A stretch of DNA of 24,642 nt from positions 1 to 24,642 of IMG/VR virus record IMGVR_UViG_3300021197_001706; one strand, written 5' to 3'. Of this stretch, positions 1 to 9,600 are shown in pieces. A model generated the notes under the pieces. That model saw only the letters and a program-made list of their open reading frames with translations. It had not been told where the DNA came from and searched no databases. This DNA comes from a virus (taxonomy: Duplodnaviria > Caudoviricetes). Every line of letters starts with the position of its first letter. Position 1 is the first letter of the stretch. A program made the translations under genes and the position numbers.

Positions 1-2
1 TT

Positions 3-608
3 CCTGCTGAAGATAGAAATTTAACTATCCAAGCAGGACAAGAATCAGATGTAGGAAGTTCAGCACCAGGATTTCAGCAATATATTAGAGAGTTTTACTT
101 TAGAGAATTAAATAAAAATTTATTTAAAATAGGTTATGATTTAAAATTACATAAGTATAACCAAAGAAGAACAGAATTTGATAATTTTACAAACTGCTGT
201 TATCCTGGAATGAAAGCATATCATAGAAATTATCTACCACATACAGATTCTTTCGGTCTTGCTGCAAACATGTATCTTACAGATCCAGGAACTTCTACAT
301 CAACTTCTTTTTTCAGATTAAGAACTAGTTCTGGAACACTCATTCACAATGAATTTGAATTATCTCGCGCAGGTGATAGAGATGTACAAGAACTTCAAGA
401 ACGCTATGTTTATGATAGTTCTGGAGTAGGATGGGAACCTTGGATTGAATTTAAAGGCAATGATTTTTATGAATATTATTATGATATTCCCGCTGAATAC
501 AATAGTATGAGTATGTACAAAGGAAATATATGGCACAGTATTACTTATGATTCCTCAGAAAAATCTAAAGTTAGATATTCATTAGTTACTGCTATGCTGC
601 AGACATAA
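3..608 (+). CDS. 5'-truncated 2OG-Fe(II) oxygenase-like protein (DUF6445-like)
   Basis: The frame of ORF 210..608 is open back to the window edge (PAEDRNLTIQAGQ...CCYPGMKAY), so the true start lies upstream. Motifs PHTD...AANMYL...STSFF...YNSMSMYKGNIWHS...R fit the HxD...H...R layout of 2OG-Fe(II) dioxygenases, which are common in cyanomyophages. The family name is from motif recall. Confidence 0.7.
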   Translation, partial: PAEDRNLTIQAGQESDVGSSAPGFQQYIREFYFRELNKNLFKIGYDLKLHKYNQRRTEFDNFTNCCYPGMKAYHRNYLPHTDSFGLAANMYLTDPGTSTSTSFFRLRTSSGTLIHNEFELSRAGDRDVQELQERYVYDSSGVGWEPWIEFKGNDFYEYYYDIPAEYNSMSMYKGNIWHSITYDSSEKSKVRYSLVTAMLQT

Positions 609-637
609 AAAAAGGGGGCAATGCCCCCAATTTTTTT
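607..637. terminator. Bidirectional intrinsic terminator between convergent genes
   Basis: A7 (607-613), GGGGGC-AAT-GCCCCC hairpin (614-628) and T7 (631-637), located between the stops of the + strand oxygenase gene and the - strand 1897-aa gene. Confidence 0.9.
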
Positions 638-654
638 GGTTTTTTATCCCAGGA

Positions 655-3600
655 TCATGCCTGAGATTCTTGCCAAGTAACCCTTGCTGATACAGCGAAT
701 GGGTTAGAAGTAGAAACGGTTGACGTGTCCACAATGTTCGCGACAATCGTGAGAATGTCAGGTCCGTTGGGGAATGTACCATCACCACCCAGGATTGAGT
801 TACCCATATCAGAGATATCGGAAAGGTCGTAGTTGGTTGAAGTAGATTCGCCAGTACCACCACCAGCAGCACGGAAGGAGAGAATCGTTGAACCACCCGC
901 GACGGTCTCGTTAGAGGAGTGTCTAACCAACTGACACAAGGAAGGTTCTTGAACGTTCTGATATGCGTCAGTACTCAATCTTCCGTTCAGTTTCAGACTG
1001 ATCTCAGTCTCGTGCGTGGTAAGAATACCAACGGAAGCAAGTTTAAGTTGCATTCTGTTGATGATTTCTCTTTCGCCCAGTGCGCCCGTGATTGAGGAGT
1101 CAACCGAAGGTGCAAGTCTGATGGAGATGAGAGGAATGTCCTGAGGAATTGGGTTGTTGGTTCCAGAAGGAGCACCGATAGACATCGTAGTTCCACTAGG
1201 AACAACGATACATCCATTAGATCCACAAAGAGCTCTTTGAATATTATCAGTATGGTATCTGTTGAATACACTAGTAGTGCCTTCAAAGTACTTAATGTAA
1301 AGTCTATAAGATCCACTATCAACTTTGGATCTATTGTCAACAGGTTTACCGTCCAGGAAGTGCCCAGTAGCAATACTATTATTGTAGATCAGCGTGTTTG
1401 TGGTAAACGCGCCAGCGTCAGAAGTAGCGAAGAACAGAACAAGGAAGTACTCTCTAGTCCAATAGTTACCTTGATATCTTTCGTTAACAATGGTAGAGTT
1501 GGCATTAGTAGTCTTGTCAACTGCACTTTCGTTAGTAAACTTCTGAACGTTACCAGATGCCGTAAACAGATATGCTTCATCATCCTGATACATACCATCC
1601 ATGATGACCGAAGTACCCCAGTGGAACAGAGTTCCGACGTAACTTGGATTGTCATCGTTCTCAATCTCATAACGTGCAGGTAGGTTACCCGAACGGAAGT
1701 AAGATTCAGTCAAGCGGTTGTTATGCTTGAATTCGTGGACATACTTAACGTGACCGTTCTGATCCTTGAATCCGAAGCGGATCTTACCAGCACCATACCA
1801 GGAGTAATCCATGTAGCACATCTGGATCTTGGTAATATCCAAATTGAATCCAGAGGGACCATCGCCATCCGCATTATCAATATTCCAGTCAACCTGACCA
1901 ACGCGAGTGTCAATTGTCTTAGTACAAATAACGTTATTAGCAGTAACACCGCGATATGCAGGTTGAATTGTAATTTGTGTGTTACTAGTAACCTTAACTA
2001 CTCTATGAGACATACCGCGAATAACGATATATTCACCTTTTGTGATCTCCGAGAGGAACTTGGTATTCGTACCTGTAACAATGTTATCCTGCTTGGTAAC
2101 ACTAATTGTACCAGGAAGTTGAAGAACAGAACTTCTTCTTACGCAATTGAGGGTAGTTCCATCAAATTCAAAGAAGAATCCGTTTTGATCATCAAACATA
2201 CCAGCGCGAATATCGCAACCATTCCAAGAAAGAACTTGTGCTTGTGGGAATCCTCCAGAATTACTTCTAGCAGGTTCAGTTTCAAGGAGATACTTGAAGA
2301 TATAATCGCTGTCCACTGATGTTACAACTGACTGAATGTTCCATGCTTGGTCATCAGACTTAATAATCTTGATATCAAGATTGGGAGAGAGTTGGTGTGG
2401 TTTTGCTGTCGTTACAAGACCTTCAACAATCTCATAGAATGTAACTGTCTCACTTGAAAGTGGAGCCGTTGTTTCAGTGCTAATTCTAAGAGTTGTGCTG
2501 TTAACAATTTCAATAACTCTTGCAGCAAGACCGTTTGAATCATTAGGAATACCAGAACCAGTAACCTTCATGTTAACAAGAAGGTTTGATGTGTCTGCAA
2601 TCGTAAGTGTATCAGAACCCTGAGAAGCATTTGCAGCTGTGATTAAATCACTACCGCGTTTAGTGTAAGAGAGATCTAGGACAGGAATCAACGGAATAAA
2701 GTTGATCGCGTATGAAGTCTGGATACCTTTACCTGACTGATAACGGAAGTACTTACGAGTCTGTCTAGAAATTCTAGAGTTAGGTGACTTAGAAGTACCA
2801 ATTTCCATACCACCATCAAATGGTCTATGGAGATAGAATCCATCAGGACGTACATAGATGTAAGAAGGAATCAGATAAACTACATTAGAAGCAGTGAAAT
2901 CAAGAGCAGTATTTACGAGGAGAGTTGTATCATCTGTAATAGCAGTAATTACCCTGGACTTAATTGTACCAGGAGTACCACCAGTTACATCAACTACTTT
3001 GATAGTATCACCAACTTTGAAGAATCTTTCAAATGATGTATCAGTACCAGTAATTTGTCTACTTCCAGTAGTGATTTCAAGATCGCCAGCACCAGTAACT
3101 TCACCTGAAAGGTTGGAACTTATAAATCTTTGAATTCCTACACCAGCTCCTGTGAGACTAATAACTACGGGAGATGCAGCAACAGCATCTGCTTCAGTAG
3201 CAGCTAACTGAATGTAGTTGTGATCAAGGGTAATAACATAATAATCAGTATTATGAACAATACCACCAACTGAGGTTCCGCCACTATTATCATAGATCAC
3301 TCTTGTTCCAGTGGAGAAGAAGTGGTTTGGAATATTGATACGATCATTTGTTGTATCAATATCAGCAGCACCATTAAATGCTTTTGATGTTGGAGGAATT
3401 TTGAATGGAATTGTGACTTCCAATTCGGTCTCACTAACCGCTGTAGTAGTTGTGTATGAACCGTCAACAACACCGAAATCAGCAGTTGTGTTCTCAAATG
3501 TATGGGCACCAGTACCACTATCAGTGACATCAATTATTGATCCACCCTGAGTAGCCGACAGAGTAAATCTGTTACCACTGATAGGATAAACATAGTAAGA

Positions 3601-6348
3601 AGTACCATCAACTAGACCAGGAGATCCAGCAGGAGCACCACCAGTTGTGTTGTACTTAATAAGTTCTCCAGCAGAGAACTGGTTATCTGCGATGTAGATA
3701 GAGTTTCTGGTTGGGTTTGTCAGGACAGCAGTAAATGTAGTTACACCCGTAGCACCAGCAAGTCTCAATGGAGATGCACCTGTACTAGACTTAATTCTGA
3801 ATCTATCGTTGTTGATTCTATCAATATACCATGTTCCACTAGTAGTAGAGGTTCTCTGGCTGTTACCAGTCGTTTGATTATAGTAATGAACTGCACCAGA
3901 AGTTGACAATACTACAGAATCATTGGTATTAAAACCATGATTTAACTTATAGAATGAATCATTCGTAGAAGTATTTCTCTTCAGTAGAGCAATGTATGAG
4001 TTAGTACCACCATCAGAACCAACATCGCGGAATGTAGTGGTTGGATCAGAGTCATAACCACCCTGTCTATACCAGTAGAAGTACTCGTTACCATATAGTC
4101 TAAACTGAGTGCTGCTCCAGTCATTCAGATAAGTGCTATTAGAACCCCAGTAAGCTTTTGCATTTCTGCCACCATATCCACCCATGGTATAACCATAGCT
4201 GTAACCACCATTGTTATTACCATTAATACCATAGTTTTCATGGTCGGTAAGGAAGTCATAGTTTCCTTGCCATTGTGTGTTACCCAGAGGAAGTGATTGG
4301 AGATCCTGTCCATAGGTTCTCATTCTGGCTCCCCAGTTGTTCCAGTATGGCTTATATCTGTATCTTGTAGGATATCCATAACTAATTCCATCACCATATC
4401 TGGTTGTCTGGAAGAATGAAGCAACATCCCAAGCTGTTCTTCCTAAACCATAGGTGCCATCAACATTGCCAAAGTCCCATCCAGAATAGGTGTTTCTCCA
4501 TGTTCTATAATATGTACGATAGTACATATACCAATCTTGTCTTGGTTGATATTCTTCATAGATGTTATATACCAATCCAAGGTTATGGGAACCATGGTCA
4601 AAAGTACCACCAGATGAAAGATTAATTCTATAATTCATTCTTTGTGAATGGTTCAGATAGAACTCATTATCATCAATTCTTTCAATATAATAAACTTGCA
4701 TTCTGGATAGACCACCCAATGGGTAGTCACCAGGATTAGGATAATAAAGAACAGCAGCTCTGTTGTGGAATCCATGACCCGTCATGGTAATCTTATCACT
4801 ACCATAATCTACATCAGCACTGTCAAAACGCTTGGTGTAGGTTGGTTCGTAATTATAAGGTACTCTTTGAGCAGGATCTTCATTAGTAACAATGTTTGCC
4901 TGTTCTTCAAAGTCAATAATCGGTCTTCCATCAGGGGCAGTTGCCGTAGAATCAGGAACTTCTAGAATCTTAGGAGAAACTGTATTGACGAAGTAGAAGT
5001 TTGTGTTGTCGGCAAAACCATGTTCTGATCTGGTAGTCAGGAGAACTTTAGTATTTGTTCCGAAACCAACAGTAATGGTATTGCCCATTCCTGCATGGTT
5101 CTGGCAGTGATAGTATACTGTATTATATGATGGTGATGTTGATGTAATCAACACTCTGGTATATGCACCAGCACTACCAGCAGTTCCATGCTCATAAACG
5201 TATTGAGTTAAAGCAGTACCTGCCCCATCAGCTTGATCATTAAAAGCGAGCGGGTGAGTTGCGTTGCTGGCATCAGATTGATCAAAGATATATACAGAGT
5301 TTCTGACGAAGCTAAAAGTAGGATCAAGTTTATCATCAATGAAGTATCTATTTCCTCCATCAACAACACCATTATTAGCAACGCTTTCAATAGTATAATC
5401 TACTGCAGCACCATTAATTATAAGTGTTTCATCAGCATTGAATGTTCCCTGAACTTCAATTAGTGTAAGTGTTGTCCCGTCAACTTTAGCAATAGTACCA
5501 GTACCAGCACCAGCACCTTGGACAGGCGCTCCGAGTTCAACATCAATATCAAGAGCTGTAGTTACTGTAAGAATAGTAGTAGCTTTTACGGTAACTGTTT
5601 TAGTGAAAGAGTCAGCTGTAATACCTTTGGTATCACTCAAATTAACCTGAGAACCTTGGAAGAATTTACCAGGAATGATAGAAGTATATGTACCCTGGAG
5701 TTCCTTTGTTTCTGGTTGGTTTGCTCTAGCCTTATATGTAAACGATTCGTTTGAAGGAACTGATTGAATAAGGTATGCACCCTCAGCAGAAAGTGAAGAA
5801 AGACCAGTAACGGTAATAGGTACACCAGTTACAAGTCCGTGCTCAAATTCGCAAGTTACAGTAATAATTTCACTATCAAGTGTTGATTCTACTTTCTGAA
5901 TAAACGGAATCGTAGTGTCAGCAGTAGACGCATAGAACGAAGGAATATTATTAATAGTCTGAATGGTTTCCCATTTAGATGCCTGAGGACCATACTCAAA
6001 GTCAGTATCAATCAGGTTTTCTGGATTTGAGACTCTAAACTTTGAAACAGCGTCAACATAAGTCTCTGAAGGCTCAATATTAACGTAATCTTTTTCATAG
6101 AAAATCTGTAGTTCATCAGTGCTCTGCATAGTAGAGCAATTAAAATTCAATACAAACGAAGTTTTTTCGGTTGCTGGATCATATGATCTAGATGATAGAC
6201 CTAAGAAAGCATCAGCAAAATTGTAGATATTGATATTATCAGTTACATTCGTTACGAGAAGCAGTCGCTTAGCAGGAATGTTGCCCTTGACCTTAATAGT
6301 GTTGGTCGTTGGCTCAAAAGTGTAATAAGTAATTAATTTCTTTGCCAT
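655..6348 (-). CDS. Large multidomain virion structural protein (1897 aa), tail/fibre-associated
   Basis: Long ORF with AAGGA SD at 6359-6363. It has motifs I recognise from cyanomyophage structural proteins (RLLLVTNVTDNINIYNF; RVSNPENLIDTDFEYG; RQTRKYFRYQSGKG; DYSWYGAGKIRFG; RSGNLPARYEIEN; PLISIRLAPSVD), several HG(F/L)xxG small beta modules and a cupredoxin-like motif. Confidence 0.85.
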   Translation of the reverse strand: MAKKLITYYTFEPTTNTIKVKGNIPAKRLLLVTNVTDNINIYNFADAFLGLSSRSYDPATEKTSFVLNFNCSTMQSTDELQIFYEKDYVNIEPSETYVDAVSKFRVSNPENLIDTDFEYGPQASKWETIQTINNIPSFYASTADTTIPFIQKVESTLDSEIITVTCEFEHGLVTGVPITVTGLSSLSAEGAYLIQSVPSNESFTYKARANQPETKELQGTYTSIIPGKFFQGSQVNLSDTKGITADSFTKTVTVKATTILTVTTALDIDVELGAPVQGAGAGTGTIAKVDGTTLTLIEVQGTFNADETLIINGAAVDYTIESVANNGVVDGGNRYFIDDKLDPTFSFVRNSVYIFDQSDASNATHPLAFNDQADGAGTALTQYVYEHGTAGSAGAYTRVLITSTSPSYNTVYYHCQNHAGMGNTITVGFGTNTKVLLTTRSEHGFADNTNFYFVNTVSPKILEVPDSTATAPDGRPIIDFEEQANIVTNEDPAQRVPYNYEPTYTKRFDSADVDYGSDKITMTGHGFHNRAAVLYYPNPGDYPLGGLSRMQVYYIERIDDNEFYLNHSQRMNYRINLSSGGTFDHGSHNLGLVYNIYEEYQPRQDWYMYYRTYYRTWRNTYSGWDFGNVDGTYGLGRTAWDVASFFQTTRYGDGISYGYPTRYRYKPYWNNWGARMRTYGQDLQSLPLGNTQWQGNYDFLTDHENYGINGNNNGGYSYGYTMGGYGGRNAKAYWGSNSTYLNDWSSTQFRLYGNEYFYWYRQGGYDSDPTTTFRDVGSDGGTNSYIALLKRNTSTNDSFYKLNHGFNTNDSVVLSTSGAVHYYNQTTGNSQRTSTTSGTWYIDRINNDRFRIKSSTGASPLRLAGATGVTTFTAVLTNPTRNSIYIADNQFSAGELIKYNTTGGAPAGSPGLVDGTSYYVYPISGNRFTLSATQGGSIIDVTDSGTGAHTFENTTADFGVVDGSYTTTTAVSETELEVTIPFKIPPTSKAFNGAADIDTTNDRINIPNHFFSTGTRVIYDNSGGTSVGGIVHNTDYYVITLDHNYIQLAATEADAVAASPVVISLTGAGVGIQRFISSNLSGEVTGAGDLEITTGSRQITGTDTSFERFFKVGDTIKVVDVTGGTPGTIKSRVITAITDDTTLLVNTALDFTASNVVYLIPSYIYVRPDGFYLHRPFDGGMEIGTSKSPNSRISRQTRKYFRYQSGKGIQTSYAINFIPLIPVLDLSYTKRGSDLITAANASQGSDTLTIADTSNLLVNMKVTGSGIPNDSNGLAARVIEIVNSTTLRISTETTAPLSSETVTFYEIVEGLVTTAKPHQLSPNLDIKIIKSDDQAWNIQSVVTSVDSDYIFKYLLETEPARSNSGGFPQAQVLSWNGCDIRAGMFDDQNGFFFEFDGTTLNCVRRSSVLQLPGTISVTKQDNIVTGTNTKFLSEITKGEYIVIRGMSHRVVKVTSNTQITIQPAYRGVTANNVICTKTIDTRVGQVDWNIDNADGDGPSGFNLDITKIQMCYMDYSWYGAGKIRFGFKDQNGHVKYVHEFKHNNRLTESYFRSGNLPARYEIENDDNPSYVGTLFHWGTSVIMDGMYQDDEAYLFTASGNVQKFTNESAVDKTTNANSTIVNERYQGNYWTREYFLVLFFATSDAGAFTTNTLIYNNSIATGHFLDGKPVDNRSKVDSGSYRLYIKYFEGTTSVFNRYHTDNIQRALCGSNGCIVVPSGTTMSIGAPSGTNNPIPQDIPLISIRLAPSVDSSITGALGEREIINRMQLKLASVGILTTHETEISLKLNGRLSTDAYQNVQEPSLCQLVRHSSNETVAGGSTILSFRAAGGGTGESTSTNYDLSDISDMGNSILGGDGTFPNGPDILTIVANIVDTSTVSTSNPFAVSARVTWQESQA

Positions 6349-6370
6349 TTTTTAAAAATCCTTTCGGTTA

Positions 6371-6378
6371 TGTTTATA
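6371..6378 (-). promoter_or_regulatory. Possible T4-type late promoter variant (TATAAACA)
   Basis: 7/8 match to TATAAATA in the intergenic gap, 22 nt upstream of the 1897-aa start. Confidence 0.4.
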
Positions 6379-6387
6379 TACGTCTAA

Positions 6388-6576
6388 TCAAAGACCAAAT
6401 GCTACGGACATAGCGAGCGATCCCTGCCTAGTAGCGAGTTCAGTTCCTCCAGCTTTCACACCATCATGAACAACAGCAGTGTTTTTGGTAGTATCAACAG
6501 TGATTTCACCTTCAGCACCAATAAAAGTTTGATGTTGAGCGGTTGTACCCCTTCTGAATTGTACTTGAGTGGTCAT
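6388..6576 (-). CDS. Stand-alone Mtd_N / hyaluronidase-N-terminal-like small protein (62 aa)
   Basis: QVQFRRGTTAQH..F.GAEGEITVDTTKNTAVVHDG..AGG..L matches the N-terminal domain seen in major tropism determinant and phage fibre proteins. It ends in a hydrophobic SLAMSVAFGL tail and is preceded by TATAAATA. Confidence 0.8.
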   Translation of the reverse strand: MTTQVQFRRGTTAQHQTFIGAEGEITVDTTKNTAVVHDGVKAGGTELATRQGSLAMSVAFGL

Positions 6577-6604
6577 TCTTTTTAAGCCAAAGATTTTCTT
6601 CTTT

Positions 6605-6612
6605 TATTTATA
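6605..6612 (-). promoter_or_regulatory. T4-type (gp55-dependent) late promoter TATAAATA
   Basis: Exact TATAAATA on the - strand, intergenic, 28 nt upstream of the 62-aa gene start. Confidence 0.85.
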
Positions 6613-6619
6613 CAAATTA

Positions 6620-9600
6620 TTATATTATGGTGCTATAGATTCTAATTGGACTAAAGAGTTTGAGGACAGGGATTGCCTCACCTTCCATGGTAATTCTAAG
6701 AGTTCCAGGTTGAGTAATTCTGGTGACACTACCTGGATTACTACCATTGAATGTAAATAGATTTGTGGAGACGACTTCTCCCTGTGCTCCAATCTCTGTT
6801 TCATCATAATCTCTAGTTCTTGCAATCGTTCCACTATTGAGACCAAAGAGTGAACCAGAACCAAGATAATTATCTGTCTGCTTCTCAATTTTTTCACCAC
6901 TAACGAATGTTGTGCCAGAACCGACGTTACTAACAACAGATTTAATATCTGTTGCTTCGCCAGAAATATTTGCATTTCCAGAAGTATTGTAATTTCCTTT
7001 AGTAAAGGACTCTGTTGCACCATTGCGGAATTCAAACAGAGTGGTATTTTCAACATCAATTGTTCTGGATTCTGCTGCTCCTCCGAAGGCAGATAGAGTA
7101 CCGTTGCCAGCAAAACTGAGACCAACAACGAAGTCTGCATCACCATTGACACTTGCAGATCCAGAAGCATTGAAACCGCGAGATCTGATAACGGGTTCAG
7201 CGGATCCACCAAATTCGTAAAGAACAGTTTCTTCTGCTGGATTGAATCCAACAACCTCTGCTCCACCACCGAATGTTGAAAGTTGACCTTCTCCTGTGTA
7301 AACCCGTGTTGCTTTATTTTCAGAATTTCCAGAAACGAATGTTGTACCGGAACCAACTTTTGTGCGAGTAAACGGTGCCTGTGCTTCTCCAGAAACTGTA
7401 AAGAGTCCAGTAGATTCTGGAGCGACTGCAGCAATCTCAACTCCACCACCAATAGCGAAGAGTGAACCAGACCCAGCAAATGCGCGAGATCTGAGAACAG
7501 GTTCGCCCGATCCATTGAACTCAAAGAGTCCTGTGGATTCTTCAGAAACAGTTGCAGATTCTGCTGCCCCATTGATTGCAAAGATTGAACCAGAACCAAC
7601 ATGGTCTCTGGAAAGAGAATTTGTAGAATCTCCACTAACTGTTGTGGAACCAGTTCCAATGTTAGTTCTAACAAAGGCATTCTGATCACCACCAGCGGTA
7701 GAGAAGAGAACTGTGCTTTCAGGAATGCTTGTGGTTCTAGATTCTGCCGCGCCATTTGTAGCAAACAGTGAACCAGAACCAGCATGTGCAGCAGTGCGTC
7801 TATCAACACTTTGACCACTGAGATTTTCGGATCCTGATGTTTCAAATGCGCGTGTGCGATCTGTGTCCGCAGTACCAGAAGGAACAAACAGAACTGTAGA
7901 TTGTGGAACCTCAATTGTTCTGGACTCAGAACCACCACCAAATCCAAACAGAGTACCAAACTGGAACAGGATGACTCTGATACGAACGATAGGTTCGCCG
8001 CTAAACTTAAATGCTCTTGTCTCAGTTTCTGGATTGAATCCAACAACTTCAGCGGCACCACCAATAGTGTTAAATCTGCCAGATCCATTGTATAGGCGTG
8101 TGAAGGCAGGATCAGCATCACCATAGAAGTTAAACTTAGCAACTTCAGGATTCGTGAAGATGTTAAATCTGAGAACAAGATCTGGAGTACCAAACAATCT
8201 TGGAGATCCAGCAGGGCGAGATGTCCATGCAGGATTCCACTTGGATGGTGAAGTACCGTTGACTCTGAAGAGAACTGTATTTGTTGGTGGTGTTACGCTG
8301 GAAGCTTCTGCTCCACCACCGATTCCAAATAGTGATCCAGAAGTTCCCGGATCTCTATCATCACCATAATATCCATAAACATTAACTTTCTGAGATACTG
8401 ATATACCAGCAACATTTGCTGATCCACCAATTTTTCCGTAGATGGAGTTAACATAACGAGGTGATGGACGATATCTGAGCCATTCGGACCCAGCATCGTG
8501 GGTGTACATTCTGGAGAATACACCCTTAGATACATATGCACCCTTAAATCCAACATCAACATTACCAAGAATTCTTGGAGTGCCGAGAAGATGACGCGAT
8601 CTCCAATGTGGACGGAATCTAACTGCAGCATTTGGTGCCAGAGGAGTATCCTCTGGATATTTGATGAGTCCAGATCCGACCCAATTCTCAACATGCTTCT
8701 CAACTGCGCCACCACGCATTTTGAGCAGGAAGGTTTCTTCGGGTGTCTGAGCAACGAAGGATTCAGCAGCACCACTAGCACCAAACAGAGATCCACTAGA
8801 GAATTCAGTGAATGTCTGTTTGTGACCAATGTCTCCACCAGCAATTTTGAAGAGTCCGAATGGGGTTTCATCTCCAGGAAGAGTAACCAGATCACCATGA
8901 TCAACAGTAGGCGGCAGATATGCATCACCGATAAATCCAAGATCATCAGTTGTGGTGGCACTATCAGTAATGAATCCATACTGATCAGTTTCAGATCCTT
9001 CAATAACAGATGAAGTGTTGTATGAGAATACTGCCTTCTCAATTCTGTCTCCGATATGGAACAGTGAACCAGAACCAGTGTAAAGTCCCTTACCGAAACT
9101 TTCTGTGAGAGATCCGATGAAACTGAATAGAGCAGTAGTTTCTCCGGCACCAGAAGTAAACTTCTCAATAGCGGTGCCAGAAATATTGATCTCAATTGTT
9201 TGCGAGACTTCAGAGAATGTCTGCTTGTGACCTTTATCACCACCAGTAATCTTGAACAGACCAGTAACAGGTTGTCTGGTCTGAGTAATTATTACAAGAC
9301 CATTGTCAACTTCTCCATCTGGAGTAATGGAAGTAACACTACCGAGATCGTTAGTTGAAGTGGTATTATTAGTAATAAATCCATAATCAGAACCAATACC
9401 AAACTCAACAATAGATTCTGTGGTGTATCTGAATACTGCTTTCTCAACCTTCTCACCGATATGGAAGAGTGAACCAGATCCAACAAAATCTCTTGCTCTT
9501 GGAGTTTCACCAGCACCAGTAAGTTTTCCTTGTTCGTAAGGACGTGATCTCCAATGTGGCGTAAATGTAAAGTCTGCAGGATCTTGCTGTTCGTTGAAGA

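Noticed and set aside
582-896. 104-aa minus-strand ORF and the many short ORFs nested in or antisense to the large genes
   Set aside because: They overlap well-supported genes, lack motifs or initiation signals, and the 104-aa ORF crosses the terminator.
6349-6390. Read-through or frameshift fusion of the 62-aa gene to the 1897-aa gene
   Set aside because: The genes are out of frame, read-through of TGA meets TAA 12 codons later, and the downstream gene has its own SD.
6619-6624. TATAAT upstream of the 62-aa gene as a sigma70 promoter
   Set aside because: There is no plausible -35 box at the proper spacing. The context is AT-rich and the adjacent TATAAATA explains expression.
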